In this document: positions 27,821-40,360 of the stretch, piece by piece | Layout: the number at the start of each line of letters is the position of its first letter | Numbering within the stretch: the stretch's first letter is position 1 | Source: Paraspadella gotoi | Taxonomy: Eukaryota; Animalia; Chaetognatha | Length of the DNA stretch: 64,000 nucleotides | Assembly (NCBI GenBank): GCA_051294375.1 | Contig: JBJCIZ010000239.1 | Span: 601,178-665,177 of the forward strand | Reading direction: 5' to 3' | Position numbers and translations under genes: made by a program | Notes under the pieces: generated by a model | Database searches by the model: none | What the model saw: only the letters and a program-made list of their open reading frames with translations | What the model was told of the DNA's origin: nothing

Positions 27821-27886
27821 TTCATTTAATAAATAAGCTATCTTGCCCCTGACTTTGAACAGGCTTTGGTGGTTTAAGGCCTCCAC
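27821..27886 (+). repeat. Dispersed ~65-bp repeat, copy 1
   Basis: AATAAATAAGCTATCTTGCCCCTGACTTTGAACAGGCTTTGGTGGTTTAAGGCCTCCA, nearly identical to 53541-53605. Confidence 0.8.
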
Positions 27887-28014
27887 ACTTATATTCCGTT
27901 CGATCTCGCAATCGCGAGACGCGAAAGGTACATGTGGCCGCCTAACCGTCCTGCGCCTAGCCGCCTAGCCGTGCCTGTCACCTGCCGCCAGCCGGGCCCG
28001 CCGCCGTAAACCTC

Positions 28015-28028
28015 GTTGTCATAGCAAC
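28015..28028. promoter_or_regulatory. RFX X-box motif in a GC-rich intronic island
   Basis: GTTGTCATAGCAAC fits the X-box consensus; lies in CpG-rich 27890-28090. Confidence 0.35.
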
Positions 28029-30549
28029 TGGCGACGCTCGAACGAAGCCTAAAAACGGCGCGATTATTCCTTCCGGCGCTCGAGTTTCTGGTTGACCCCA
28101 TTTTTTTTTAGAGGAGGAAGCGGGGGGGGGGGGCAGAGGAATGCGAGGAAGGTCGGGGGGGGGAGAGGTTAGATTGGATAGAGTGGTTAGAGTAGAAGAG
28201 AGCGGATAGAGGATGGTTATTCGACGCGCGAAGGGTGGACGCTCGGAATTGTTGAGAAGTTTGAACGTCGAATGGGAGGAGAAAAAATGAGAGGATGTCA
28301 GTGTTGGTAAGAGAGAGAAGGACTGGATATGAGGTTTGGAAGGATGGAATTTTTTTGAGATGAAAATTGGAAAAGACATGAAGTTTTATGGAAATACAAG
28401 AGCGATTAGTAGTCATAGGATGGTCAATTACAATTTTCTAACTGAGCAAACATTGTAAAGGTTTATTTAAAAATAATGCATTGTTTATAAAGTCAAAGTA
28501 AAAGAATATTACTAATTTTACTATATATATATTACTATTAATATTAGTTTCGCCGATTCGCGTTGTCGTTGTCGTTGTTGTTGTTATCTTTACTATCTCC
28601 TTTTTTATCGCGAGCCGTTCCATCTTTCCCCCAAAAACAAATAAATATCTGACAACAAAAATTAATAAAAGAGCTTCAGTTTTGTTTGTTTAGTTTAGTT
28701 TAGTTTTCGTTTTGGGTTTTTTTTTGTTTGTTGTTTTAATTGTAATAATAGCTTTTTCAAGTTCTATTTTTTTTTCTAATAGATAATTATTCGATTATTC
28801 ACATATCTACTACTTAAGATTCTATTACTTTTTTGCTAATTTAATAGAACGAATTTTTTTTTGGGTCGGTTTTTTTTTTCGTAGGCCATTGCTCTTTTAT
28901 CTTTTTCCATTTGTTTTTTTTTTCTCTCAATTTTTCTTTTTTTTCCCTTTTGCGTCCCCTCGCCTCCTTTTTCTCCCCATTTCCCTCTTTCCTCTTTTTT
29001 TTCTTTCCTTTCCTCCTTTTCTTCCATATCTCCTCCTTTCTCCATTTTTTTTCCCTTTCCCCTCTCTTTCCTCTCCCTTTTTTCTTACCTTTCCTACCTT
29101 TCCTTCCTTTCTTCTTTCCTTTCCTTCTACTCTCCTCCCTCTCTCCTTTCCTTTTCTTCTTCGGTTCCACAGATTTTTTTCGTTTTCTTCGTGTCACGAG
29201 GTGAAACTCGAGGGTCAGACTCGAAGCTGGGGAGGAAATAAGGAGGAAAGAAAAGAAAGAAAAAAAAAAGAGGAAAAGATAATAAAAAAGAAGAGAAACA
29301 AAAGGAGGAAATTCGTTTGTGTCTTTGAATACCGATCGGGTCTTATATGTAACCGTTTTATTGGAGGTATAATAGCAAAACTAAGACTTTTTCCATAGGC
29401 AAAAATAGTACTCTGTTTCGCAAGGAAATTGCAAAAGTAAAACTGAAAATATTATGAGGAAATGGAAGAGAAAAGCAAATGGTCGTGGGGGGGAAAAAAC
29501 GACGCGCGGGGGAAAAAGAAAAAAGAGATTTTGAATTTAAAAAAAAAGTTTCTTTCTTCAGGCCCGCAGTTAAATGCGTTTAAGAGGTCGCCCGACCGTG
29601 AAGTTTGACGATGGAGAATTATGCGGAAATTGATTAAGCGTCTCTCAATCTCATTACGAGTTATGAATAAATGTCGCCAAGTTTATTCCATAAAATGTAT
29701 TTTCACAATGACGTCAAGTAAAACTGTATTTTGGACGGACGACGTTTTTCATTTGAGTCTAAATAAGAACTACAGAATAAGTTTCTCTCTCTCTCCCAAA
29801 ATTGACAGCCGTAAAAGAGACCAGTTAAGGGTAGTGACCGGACAGATAACCGACCGGTCAAATTGGTTAATTACTAAAGAATTAGTGACCTCGCGATCGA
29901 ACAAAAAATGAGAGTGGCGAGGCATCAGTTTTTCTAAGGGTATGAAAAGGAAAAAGAAAACCAAAGGAACGAAGAAATTTTTAAATTTTTTTTTTTTCTG
30001 AAATAAAAGAGACAATTTGACAATTAAGACAATAAGAAGATTAAACGATTAAACGATGAGTATTGAGCAAGAAAAATTGCACTAATGGCACTAAAAATAA
30101 AATTCAAACAATTAAGGATCATTGCGGACATTGCAAATTGGAAAAGTATTAAGTATATCAATGAAAATCATGAGTGAATATTAGCATTACACTAGGCCAT
30201 TTGCCATTTTTTTTTTTTTTAGAAATTTTTTTAAAAAAGGAAGAAACGAAAAAAGAAAGAAAAAAAAATCCCAGGGAAAAAACGTTTCGGCTTTTTCCAT
30301 AAGGGGGGAAGGTTAGGCTTGAAGGGCAAAGAAAGGGGATCAAGGAAAGGGGAGCAATAAAAAGGAAATGAAATGAGTTAGTGGAGCGATAAAGGGTGAA
30401 AAGTGAACATTGAACATGAAGGGGAAAAAAAGGAGTTTTAACGGGAGAGAAACAAGGCCGAGAAATGTAAGTCTGGGCTCTCTTTTCCATGAGTGCGCCA
30501 TTTCTGGTTCTATATTTACCTGAAATATATTTTAATATTCGGAAATTCG

Positions 30550-30842
30550 GAAATTTAAATGTGTTGCGCCGCAGAGAATTTGTTATTCCATATATTTCCG
30601 TGTATTTTCGACACGTGCTGCATAGGAATAATATCTTTTTTTATAGTTTATATGAGATTTTTTTTAAATAAAAGTAACTCAAAGTGACTAGAAGTTACTT
30701 TGATTTGGGGTTTTTTCTTGTTTCAACAAATGAACAACCAACTATAGGCAAATTATAAGCTTTTTTAACGTATGTGTAACAGACCGATGGACCGACCAAT
30801 TGGCCGACAGACCGACCAAAAAGTGACTTATAGAGTTGCTTG
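30550..30842 (-). mobile_element. HINE family copy in reverse orientation
   Basis: AATGTGTTGCGCCGCAG at 30558 is the reverse complement of the 3' end; GACCGACC repeats and AAGTGACTTATAGAGTTG near 30820-30838 match the 5' region. Confidence 0.65.
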
Positions 30843-31012
30843 TTTTTAAACTTTTGATACAATCTATAACCCTAATCCTTTAAAATGAAATGGGACGTTC
30901 TTGGAAAATAAGGCCGGTTAAAAAAGAGGAAAAAACATCTACTGGAAGGAGGAAAGAAAAAAAAAGAGGAAAAAAAACGAGAAAAGAAGATTTGAAATAC
31001 AAAACAAGATTC

Positions 31013-31180
31013 TCAAAGTTTGATTTTATTTTGCAACGAATTTTATTTTAAAAGAGCAGACATGTTTCGGCTCACAATACGAGCTTTCATCAGCTGCTCT
31101 TTTAAAATAAAATTCGTTGCAAAATAAAATCAAACTTTGTTAATCTCTCAAACAACGAAAAAGAAAGGATAATTACCATG
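31013..31180 (-). mobile_element. Short insertion with a perfect 46-bp inverted repeat enclosing a hammerhead motif; candidate 12-bp target-site duplication
   Basis: Arms 31014-31059 and 31094-31139 are exact reverse complements. AAAACAAGATTC occurs at 31001-31012 and 31181-31192. Confidence 0.75.
31054..31099 (-). ncRNA. Minimal type I hammerhead ribozyme motif (Penelope-like-element type)
   Basis: Minus strand reads gagcag CUGAUGA aa GCUC guauugu GAGC c GAAAC AU GUC ugcuc: both core boxes, stem II, palindromic mini stem III (ACAUGU), GUC cleavage triplet and stem I. The G10.1-C11.1 pair appears mutated to A-C. Confidence 0.75.
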
Positions 31181-32094
31181 AAAACAAGATTCAAAATGAT
31201 AACAAAACTGAAATATCTCAAAGTTGAAAAGAAAGGATAAAAAAATCGCTCTTGCTCTCTCTCTCTCTCTCGCTCTCCCACTCTCTCGTTCCATCGTGGT
31301 TTTATCAGAGAAGCGAATCCTTCTATTGAATCCCTACAATTTTTCCCTTTTCACTTAGTCTCTCTTTTTTTTTGATCCTGTCCACATTTTTCCTAAAATA
31401 CGTGCCTCTCTCTCTCATCTCACTCTCTGTCTCCTGCTCGTCATCTCTCTCTCTCTCTCTTTCTCTCTTTCTCTCTCTCTCCTCTCCGTTCTCTCTTCTC
31501 TCTCTCTCTCTCTCTTTTCTCTCCTCTCTCTCCCTTCTATCAACGTCGTCACCCCGTCATCTCTCTCTCGCGATTTCCCTCGCATACGAATGGAGACTCA
31601 TTTTGCGTTGCTCTCTCCCTCTCAATTTCTCTTTGTCCGTCGTTCAGTGTCTGTCTGTCTGTGTGGCCGTTTGTCTGTGTGGCCGTTTGTCTGTGTGGCT
31701 AATTCTCAATCCCTCTGGTTGTTTGTCTGTGTCTGTTTGTCTGNNNNNNNNNNNNNNNNNNNNNNNNNGAGAGAGAAGAGCGAGAGAGAGGACGAGAGAT
31801 CTATGATTTCGAACGTTTCCTGTTTGACAAAAAAAAAAAAGAATAGTCTTTGGGCCAATTAGCTGCGTGTGCGAAAAGGGGGGCGGGGAAGATGCAATGG
31901 AAGGGGTAACGGAATTGGGTGTGGTAATTTGAGAATGGGAGGGGGAGGAAGATGAAGAGGAAAGGAGGAGGAGGAGGAAGAGGAAAGGAGAGAAGCGGTC
32001 CGAGATGAAGTAAGAAAGAGAAAACGGAGACACCGGGTCACGGTTGTATTGAGGCCGCCGACAAACCGGAAATTGAACACAAAAGCAGGCGATA

Positions 32095-32178
<84 letters not shown>

Positions 32179-33732
32179 AATTGAATGAAATTTCCGTTTT
32201 TTCCATTTTTTTCAATAATCGATGGACGAACTAAAATTTGGTGGCTTCACAAAAAATACGGAGTTCTGCCTACGAGTGAAACGTCGATAAAGATAAAAAT
32301 AATTGTGAGACAACGACAGAGAGCGAGACTCTCTCTCCGTCTCTCTGTCTCTCTCACCTGAAGACGCCGAGGGGAGGCGAAGGACTTGGGCTGTCTTAAG
32401 ATGACAACCCTTCATCATAATGTGACAGCGTTTTATCATTCGGTGACAACCTTTCCATCGGCTTCGTGACAACGCTTGGTCGTCCCCACGGTTCTTGTGG
32501 TATGGAGGACCCCGACCTGCTCCTTTCTACCCTCCTTATGACCCCCTTCTATCCCTCATCTAACACCCTTCTATCCCCCATCTAACACGCATCTATCCCC
32601 CATCTAACACCCTTCTACGCCCCAAAGATCCGCCCATCGATTTTTGAGTCTCAAAAATCGATTTTCGCTTCAGATTTTTTTTTTTCGTCGAGGGAAATCG
32701 GCGACGTCTCTCTCTCTCTCTATCGGCGGCGTCTCGCTCTCTATTCGAGGTTTTAACCTTTTTTTGTCTGATGGAATGAGAGGGCGAGGGGGAAGGGGGA
32801 GTGGAAGAGGGAGAGAGCGAAAAGGAGAAAGTGTGACGGATAGAGAGCGAGTGAAATTTGAGAAATATTTTGTTTGGGAGAGACGGGAGGCGAAAGGCGA
32901 GATGTGAAAGGAGAAAAAAGGCGAAAGTTGAAGGAGGAAGAGAAGGAGGAGATGGGAGTGAGAGAGAGGAGGAAGAGAAGGGAGGAGAGAGGGAGGAGGA
33001 GGAGAAGAGAAAGAGAGGAGGAGAGAGGAGGAGGAGGAGGAAGAGAAAGGAGGAAGTGAGAGGGAGAGAGGAGGGAAGAAGAGAAGGGAGGAGTGAGGGG
33101 AAGGATAAGGAGGAAGAGGAGAGGGTAGAGGGGAAATAAATAAATCTGAAAGGAGGAAAGAGAGGAGAAGAAGAAAAAGAAAGAAAAGAAAGAGGAGACA
33201 AAAGATTAGGAAGATTCGTTTAAATATTAGATTAAACTCATGAAAAAAGAGAGAAAAAGGAAAGATTTTTTTTTTTCTAAGAGAATTATTGTTTATTAAA
33301 ACGTTAAATAAACAAAATAATGCAGCCTAAAAGATGATATTTACGGATAAATTTTATTTTAAGTTTCAGTTGTCAGTATACAAGAACACCATTTATGGAA
33401 CTTTTTTAAAAATATATGAAAACTTGAAAAGAAATAAAACAGATTTTACTTATTATACCCTTTTTTAACTAGTTGTCCAAGAATGTTAAAAAAAAAAATC
33501 AGCGTATAAGAAAAAAATGTAGTTCGGGTTAAGTGAAAGACCTCGATAAAATATCGGTGGGCTATGATGCTATGCCTTTTTTAGACGAGTGAATGACAAA
33601 ACGGAAAAAAAAAACATCAAAAGCGAAACAGACAAAACGCCGATAAAGAAATGAAAAATATTCGACGTTGCCTTATGAAAGAAAAAAAAAAGAAATATCA
33701 AAGCCCTATGAAAACAAATAACAAATAACGAG

Positions 33733-33799
<67 letters not shown>

Positions 33800-34057
33800 A
33801 GAGAGAAAGTCCGATTCTTTCGCTTCTCGTTAATGTCGAAATAAAAAAAAAGTGGAAAACATCGACGCTTTTCCTCTATCTCTCTCCCTCTCTCTCTCTC
33901 TCTTTCTCTCTCTCCCTCTCACACTGCCTCTCCCCTTACATTCCTCTCTGCTTCTATTTCTCTTTTTCTCTCCCGTCATCGATGCGAAAACAGAAAAATC
34001 GATAACAAAGCAAAATAAAAAAAAAGAAAAGAGAAGAGAAGAGAGAGAGACGAAGAG

Positions 34058-34098
<41 letters not shown>

Positions 34099-34221
34099 TC
34101 TTTCTTTTTTATTTTCATTTTTTTAATCCGATAACAAATCAGAGTTCCATTCACCTCACGCATTTCGATCGGCCTTTCACGGCTGCTTCCAATTAACCTA
34201 TCTGATGCCTCATCAATACTC

Positions 34222-34285
<64 letters not shown>

Positions 34286-34816
34286 GAAACAAACCGAGAC
34301 CGTCTTTTAATCTCCGATGCAAATTCTTTAACCTTCAGATAAAACAATTTTTTTCAGATAGACTAATATTTTATACATCTGGTAATAAGAAAAATAGATT
34401 TTTAAATTATCACATTTTTACACTCTTAAAAGTAACAATAAAAGTTATTTTATTGCCTTTTTTTCTTTTTTCCTCTCTCTTCCCCTCTTCGCTTTTATTA
34501 ATTCTTTGAATCGAAATTCAATTTTCTCCTATCAACTTTTCTAATTTTTCCCCCAAATACATTTTTTTAAACTTTTTTTTCAAATCAACAACGACGACGA
34601 CGATGATGATAATTATTATATTAATTTCACTGACTGGTATTGTAAACCGTTTATTTAAATTAGCTGTCTTGAAAAAGAGATCAGATCTGTGTCCGGACCT
34701 AATACGCCCGCCACGACAGATATCGTGCATCGAGTGTCGGGCGATAATACCTACTGAGTTAGCATTTTTTAAAGAATATTTATTCCACTCACGAACGTTA
34801 AACTGACATTTTCGGG

Positions 34817-34916
<100 letters not shown>

Positions 34917-35034
34917 AAGAATCCGGCCTCAGGACAGTCGCGCCTTCTTTCGGCAAAACCATAAACTTTACGCCCAACTCTATAATCTCTTTCCTTTTAC
35001 GTCGTAGTCGTCCTTTTTTTTCTGACCCGGAGCT

Positions 35035-35087
<53 letters not shown>

Positions 35088-35240
35088 GAGGAGAGAAGAG
35101 AAGAGAGAGGCGAGTGCGCGTAAACAGAAAAGGGAGAAATGATTGCTCATTTTAAAAACTTTTTCGTTTCGTCGTTTAGGATTAAGTGTTTGATGGACGG
35201 TGGTTGAGAACTGGCAGAAAGAGAGAGAGAGAGTAGAGAG

Positions 35241-35291
<51 letters not shown>

Positions 35292-35765
35292 CGCGGAAGT
35301 GGAAGCCAAACGTTAGTGCTCCATCCATTGCTCTTTTTTTTTTAACCGTCCAATTGTTTTTACTCTCGTCCATCAACGGAGTTTTGAAAAATAACCGCTA
35401 GGGGAACAAACCTTTTATTTCGCGGTAGATTAAGGAGAGGAGGAGAAGGCGGAGGAGGGGGCGGTAGTTGAGGAGTTGGCCTTGGCTAAGTGAATTGTGA
35501 AGTGGACTTTCGAGATGTGAGTTGAGTGATGAAAGGTTTTAGCGATTGTAATAATATAATTATTATTATTATTCTAACAGCAACGAATTAAAAAAAATTG
35601 TAAACAAATTTTCTCGTAAAGTATATTATAAATGTCAGCTATTTTGAAGGGCGATATAATTACTATTTAATCGCGCTGGCCAAGAGACGAAATAACTTAC
35701 CTTCGTTCCTCACTCCCGTCCCCTTTCTCCCCCCCCCCCACTGCCACCCCCCCTACCAAATTTAG

Positions 35766-35908
35766 ACAATTGATGCCAACTACTCTCCCGGTCAAAGGAC
35801 GGTTGAGAAGACTCCCTCCTACTTTGTCACGCGCGACGTCCCGGCGAGAATTCACGCCATGAGCAGAGACGTGAAAATCATCGTCGTCGTGAGGGATCCA
35901 GTCAAACG
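35766..35908 (+). CDS. HS3ST: HS3ST catalytic exon B (apparent 1-nt deletion near 35788)
   Basis: TTTAG| acceptor and CG|GTGAGT donor. Restoring one C in ctccc(c)ggt gives [47 protein letters not shown](R). The exon is 143 nt where phase 2-to-2 needs 144. Confidence 0.92.
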
Positions 35909-36759
35909 GTGAGTGTAGAGGTGGGTGAGCAGCGAGGTGAGTGAGTGAGTGAGTGAGTGAGTGATGTGAGTGAAGTGAGTGAGTGAGTGATGTGAGTGAG
36001 TGAGTGAGTGAGAGTGCGGAGTGAGTGATGGCGAGTCAGTGAGGAGCGAGCGAGCGAGCTTATGAGTCACAGGGTTATAAGTTTATCACAGGCGGACTCG
36101 TGTAGCTGTGTGAACAAGTCAGTCGCTGATTCGATGATTAACTGGCGTCTATTTGCCGGTGTTTCGCCAGTGATTCATCTTCTTTTTTTTTTTCCATTAT
36201 TCGTCTCGAATCAAAATTGAATTCATTTTCTCAAAAGAATTTCCGAATTCTATTATTCCCTCGTTTAACGATCATCAATCTTAGGAAAAAAAGTAAACGA
36301 GAATCTTCATTCGATTTAAGGCTGAAATTCAGAGTAAACAGATTTGACCTCGATTTAAGACCCACAAACACCGGGTGGAAAAAATCCCGGGTTTAAGGCG
36401 AGGTATGACGAATAGAGACAAACCGCCGAATCTGATTTAAAAGACGTAGAAACCATGACAAACAAACTCAGAATCTCTTTATTTTGTCTCAGTTTAAATG
36501 ATCTGCTTTTGTTTGTATTAAAATTCTTTTTTTTTCAACCTTCTTTTTCTATAAATTTTTTTTAAAGCTCTGTCTTGAAATTATAACTCATTTTGCCTTA
36601 AAATAAAAGTAATAATATAAATAAAAACGTCTTGAGAAAATAAGCATAAGAAAAAAAGAATCTGGATGTGTTTTACTTAGCGAGAAAAAAAAACGGAGAC
36701 TGGACAAATATGGAAAAAAAAAGCCTTGTGTTTATTTTGTTTTTTTCTCATTCTTCTTC

Positions 36760-36872
36760 GCCATTTCTAATTCTATAAAGATGCCACCCCACTTGCCACT
36801 TCTAATTCTATAAAAATGCCACCCCTCTTGCCATTTCTGATTCTTATAAAAATGCCACCCCTCTTGCCATCT
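36760..36872. repeat. ~34-bp tandem repeat (3 copies) directly upstream of the exon C acceptor
   Basis: GCCATTTCTAATTCTATAAAAATGCCACCCCTCTT repeated about 3 times. Confidence 0.85.
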
Positions 36873-36880
36873 CTCAACAG

Positions 36881-36966
36881 CGCCATCAGCGATTACACTC
36901 AAAGTTCATCCAAACGTCCGGGAATGAAATGTTTCGAGAGACTCGCCTTTCTAAACAACGACACAG
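36881..36966 (+). CDS. HS3ST: HS3ST catalytic exon C (3'-phosphate binding region)
   Basis: CAACAG| acceptor; (R)AISDYTQSSSKRPGMKCFERLAFLNNDT(G); G|GTAAAG donor; phase 2 to 1. Confidence 0.93.
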
Positions 36967-37624
36967 GTAAAGTCTAAAGAGAGACTTTGAAAAATCTTTT
37001 TATTTATACAAAATTTATGGAAGATATTTGATTTTTCTAAGCAAATGGTCGTAATTTACGATCAAATCACAGTAAATTTAAATTCAAATCACAAGTACGA
37101 ATTAATTAATTAAGTTCAAATATACAAAGTAACAAATTTTAAAAGTTTCAAAGTTTAAAATTTTCAAATTTTCTAATTTAAATTAGAAACATTTAAAATT
37201 AACATTCATAATTATCCCAAAAGAGTAAAATGGAGGAGCGAAACATAACGATTTATTTTGTTACATTGTTACAATTCTCTAATCTTTGATCTATTTTAAA
37301 AAAAGTAATAAAATTTTCGAGTTTTGAAAATATTTTTTTTCATTAAACTCGGAACCAATTTTGATTTTACGAATGAAATCGCAAAATCCTAACGATGCGA
37401 CGAAAGATTAACAAACTTTGATTACTTTTGTCATTTTTAGATATTTTTTTTTTTCGCGCGAAAAAACAAGGAAAAAAAATAAACAACATTTTTTTCTGTC
37501 ATTTTTTTTTTCTTCTTTCATTTCGTAAATAAAATTCCCCACGAGTAAATATGACAGAATGTATTTTCGTCACCTCTCTCTCTCTCTCTCTCTCTCTCTA
37601 CTTCCTCTCTCTCTCTCTCTCTCT

Positions 37625-37663
<39 letters not shown>

Positions 37664-37871
37664 ATTAATAACCTTTTAAAGAAATTTAAATGAACGGACC
37701 ACTGTTACCTTATAGGTCCTTCTTGCAGAAGGTACCTAGGTATCTATCTATCTATCTCTCTCTCTCTCTTTCCCTACTATTTGTCGTCTTCTAACAACCT
37801 TCTGTTTAACAACCCCCCTAACTTACCCAACCCTCACCTTACCCTCGCTTTACCTTCCCCCCCCCCCGCAG

Positions 37872-38033
37872 GGTTGATCGACACCTCGTGGCCGGCAATC
37901 AAGATCGGAGTCTACGCCAAACATCTCGAACGCTGGTTCAAGTTTTTCGATCGAAAACAAATGCATTTCGTTGACGGAGAAAACCTCATCGTTAATCCGG
38001 GAGACGAGATGATCAAAGTGCAGGACTTTTTAG
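37872..38033 (+). CDS. HS3ST: HS3ST catalytic exon D
   Basis: CCGCAG| acceptor; (G)[53 protein letters not shown](G); G|GTGATT donor; 162 nt, phase 1 to 1. Confidence 0.95.
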
Positions 38034-38440
38034 GTGATTGATTGATTGGATCGGATTGAATGTTTGTTTGATTTATTGATTGGATTTATTGATTGATTTT
38101 TTATTTATTGATCGATCGATTAAATTGATTGACTGAATGAATGTAAATGATCAAAATTCAAAAGTTAGCGGATTAATTGATTGAACGATAATAAACAGCG
38201 TAGATAATTTATGATCCAATTAATTGATTGATTTAATTTGATTGGCCTAATTCAAAATTTTGATAAATGACTGCTTTACATAATTACTTAAATTCTTAAT
38301 TCCGACGCAAACGGTTTTAATGAGATTTAAAAAAAGAAAAATGGAGGGGAAAAAAATATTGTGATTAATTCGAACCTCGAACGAGAAGGATTTTGAAATC
38401 ACCTTTGATTAAGATCCGATTTTAAACATCCGCATTTTTG

Positions 38441-38733
38441 GTTGCGCCGCGAATACTCGCGGAGAAACTCTATAAGTCAATTATCGGTCGGTCTGTCGGT
38501 CCGTCAGTATGTCTGTCCGTCGGTCTGACCCACTTACGTTTAAAATGTATATAATTTGCCTATAGTTGATGATTGCTCAGGTCTTCAGACAGAAAAAAAA
38601 CCTCAAATCTAAGTGTCTGCTAGCGCATGTCATGTCATGTAGCATCATGTCATGTAATGTCATTTTAAGTCATGAGAAATACTCGTGATGAGGCAGTTAC
38701 TGCGGCGCAACACATTTGAATTACCGTTCTTGT
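38441..38733 (+). mobile_element. Non-autonomous Helentron/DINE-1-like element (HINE), complete copy in an HS3ST intron
   Basis: 5' subTIR GTTGCGCCGCG with adjacent partial inverted repeat CGCGGAGAAAC, GTCG/GTCT microsatellite, internal (CATGT)n, 3' subTIR GCGGCGCAAC; T-rich flanks. Confidence 0.7.
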
Positions 38734-39072
38734 TTGTTTTTTTTTAAATTTTGTCCATTTAATCCATTTGTCCATTTGTTATATTTCATCCGTTTGTCCA
38801 TTCTTTAGGTTATTCCCCCCATTTTTTTGCGCCGTTGATTCGCTGATTTCTGCCGTTCCGAGTGAAAAAAAAATGTGATAAATCAGTGTGAAGGTTTTCC
38901 GTGAGAAATGATTCTGCTTGATAATCGAGATAAACGATGATAGTGATTCGTTTTCGATAGACATTTGTCGGGTTTGAGAGACAATGCGAAATGATGAACG
39001 TTATTCACTGACTTTTTGTGAGGTTCACAGGAATCTCTGGTTCATTTCCGGGTATTTTTGATGGAATTGATA

Positions 39073-39150
<78 letters not shown>

Positions 39151-39152
39151 AA

Positions 39153-39187
<35 letters not shown>

Positions 39188-39242
39188 AGAGAGAAGAGAG
39201 AGCATCTAACCCCCTCCTTTCAACACCCCTTCTCCTCCCCAG

Positions 39243-39458
39243 GCCTCCGTCGAGTCATCTCTTCAGCCGACTTCGTCTTCAACGAATCCAAAGGTTTCCC
39301 TTGCCTCAAGCGGCCCAACAACCTGCAGTCGCCCGTCAAGTGCCTGGGGAAGACCAAGGGCCGTCGACACCCTTGGGTCCACCAGTACACCCTGGACAGG
39401 CTCAACGATTTCTTCATGCCCTTCAACGAGAAGTTCTTCAAGATGATCGGGCAGCACA
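39243..39458 (+). CDS. HS3ST: HS3ST last coding exon (cut off here by a duplication junction)
   Basis: CCCCAG| acceptor; (G)LRRVISSADFVFNESKGFPCLKRPNNLQSPVKCLGKTKGRRHPWVHQYTLDRLNDFFMPFNEKFFKMIGQH with the conserved KGFPC and CLGKTKGR motifs. The probable true end MDWPSSPPRQPGSL* is read from the inverted copy (stop at 46409); the copy near 42130 carries indels. Confidence 0.92.
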
Positions 39459-39468
39459 AAGAGAGAGA

Positions 39469-40270
39469 TTCTAATTCTATATAAGATGCCACCCCACTTG
39501 CCACTTCTATTCTATAAAAATGCCACCCCTCTTGCCATTTCTGATTCTTATAAAAATGCCACCCCTCTTGCCATCTCTCAACAGCGCCATCAGCGATAAC
39601 ACTCCAAGTTCATCCAAACGTCCGGGAATGAAATGTTTCGAGAGACCGCCTTTCTAAACACGACACAGGTAAGAGTCTAAAGAGAACTTTGAAATCTTTT
39701 TATTTATACAAAATTTATGGAAGATATTTGATTTTTTCTAAGCAAATGGTCGTAATTTACCGATCAATCACAGTAAATTTAAATTAAATCAACAATACGA
39801 ATTAATTAATTAAGTTCAATATATACAAAGTAACAATTTAAAAGTTTCAAAGTTTAAAATTTCAAATTTTCTAATTAAATTAAACATTTAAAATAACATT
39901 CATAATTATCCCAAAAGAGTAAAATGGAGGAGCGAAACATAACGATTTATTTTGTTACATTGTTACAATTCTCTAATCTTTGAATCTATTTTAAAAAAAG
40001 TAATAAAATTTCGAGTTTTGAAAATTTTTTTTATTTAAACTCCGGAACCATTATTGATTTTTACGAATGAAAATCGCAAAAATCCTAACGATGCGACGAA
40101 AGATTAACAAACTCTGATTACTTTGTCATTTTTACGATATTTTTTTTTTTTTCGCGCAAAAAAACAAGAAAAAAAATAAACAACATTTTTTTTCTGTCAT
40201 TTTTTTTTTCTTCTTTCATTTCGTAAATAAATTCCCCAGAGTAAATTATGACAGATATGTATTTCGTCAC

Positions 40271-40301
<31 letters not shown>

Positions 40302-40303
40302 CT

Positions 40304-40360
<57 letters not shown>

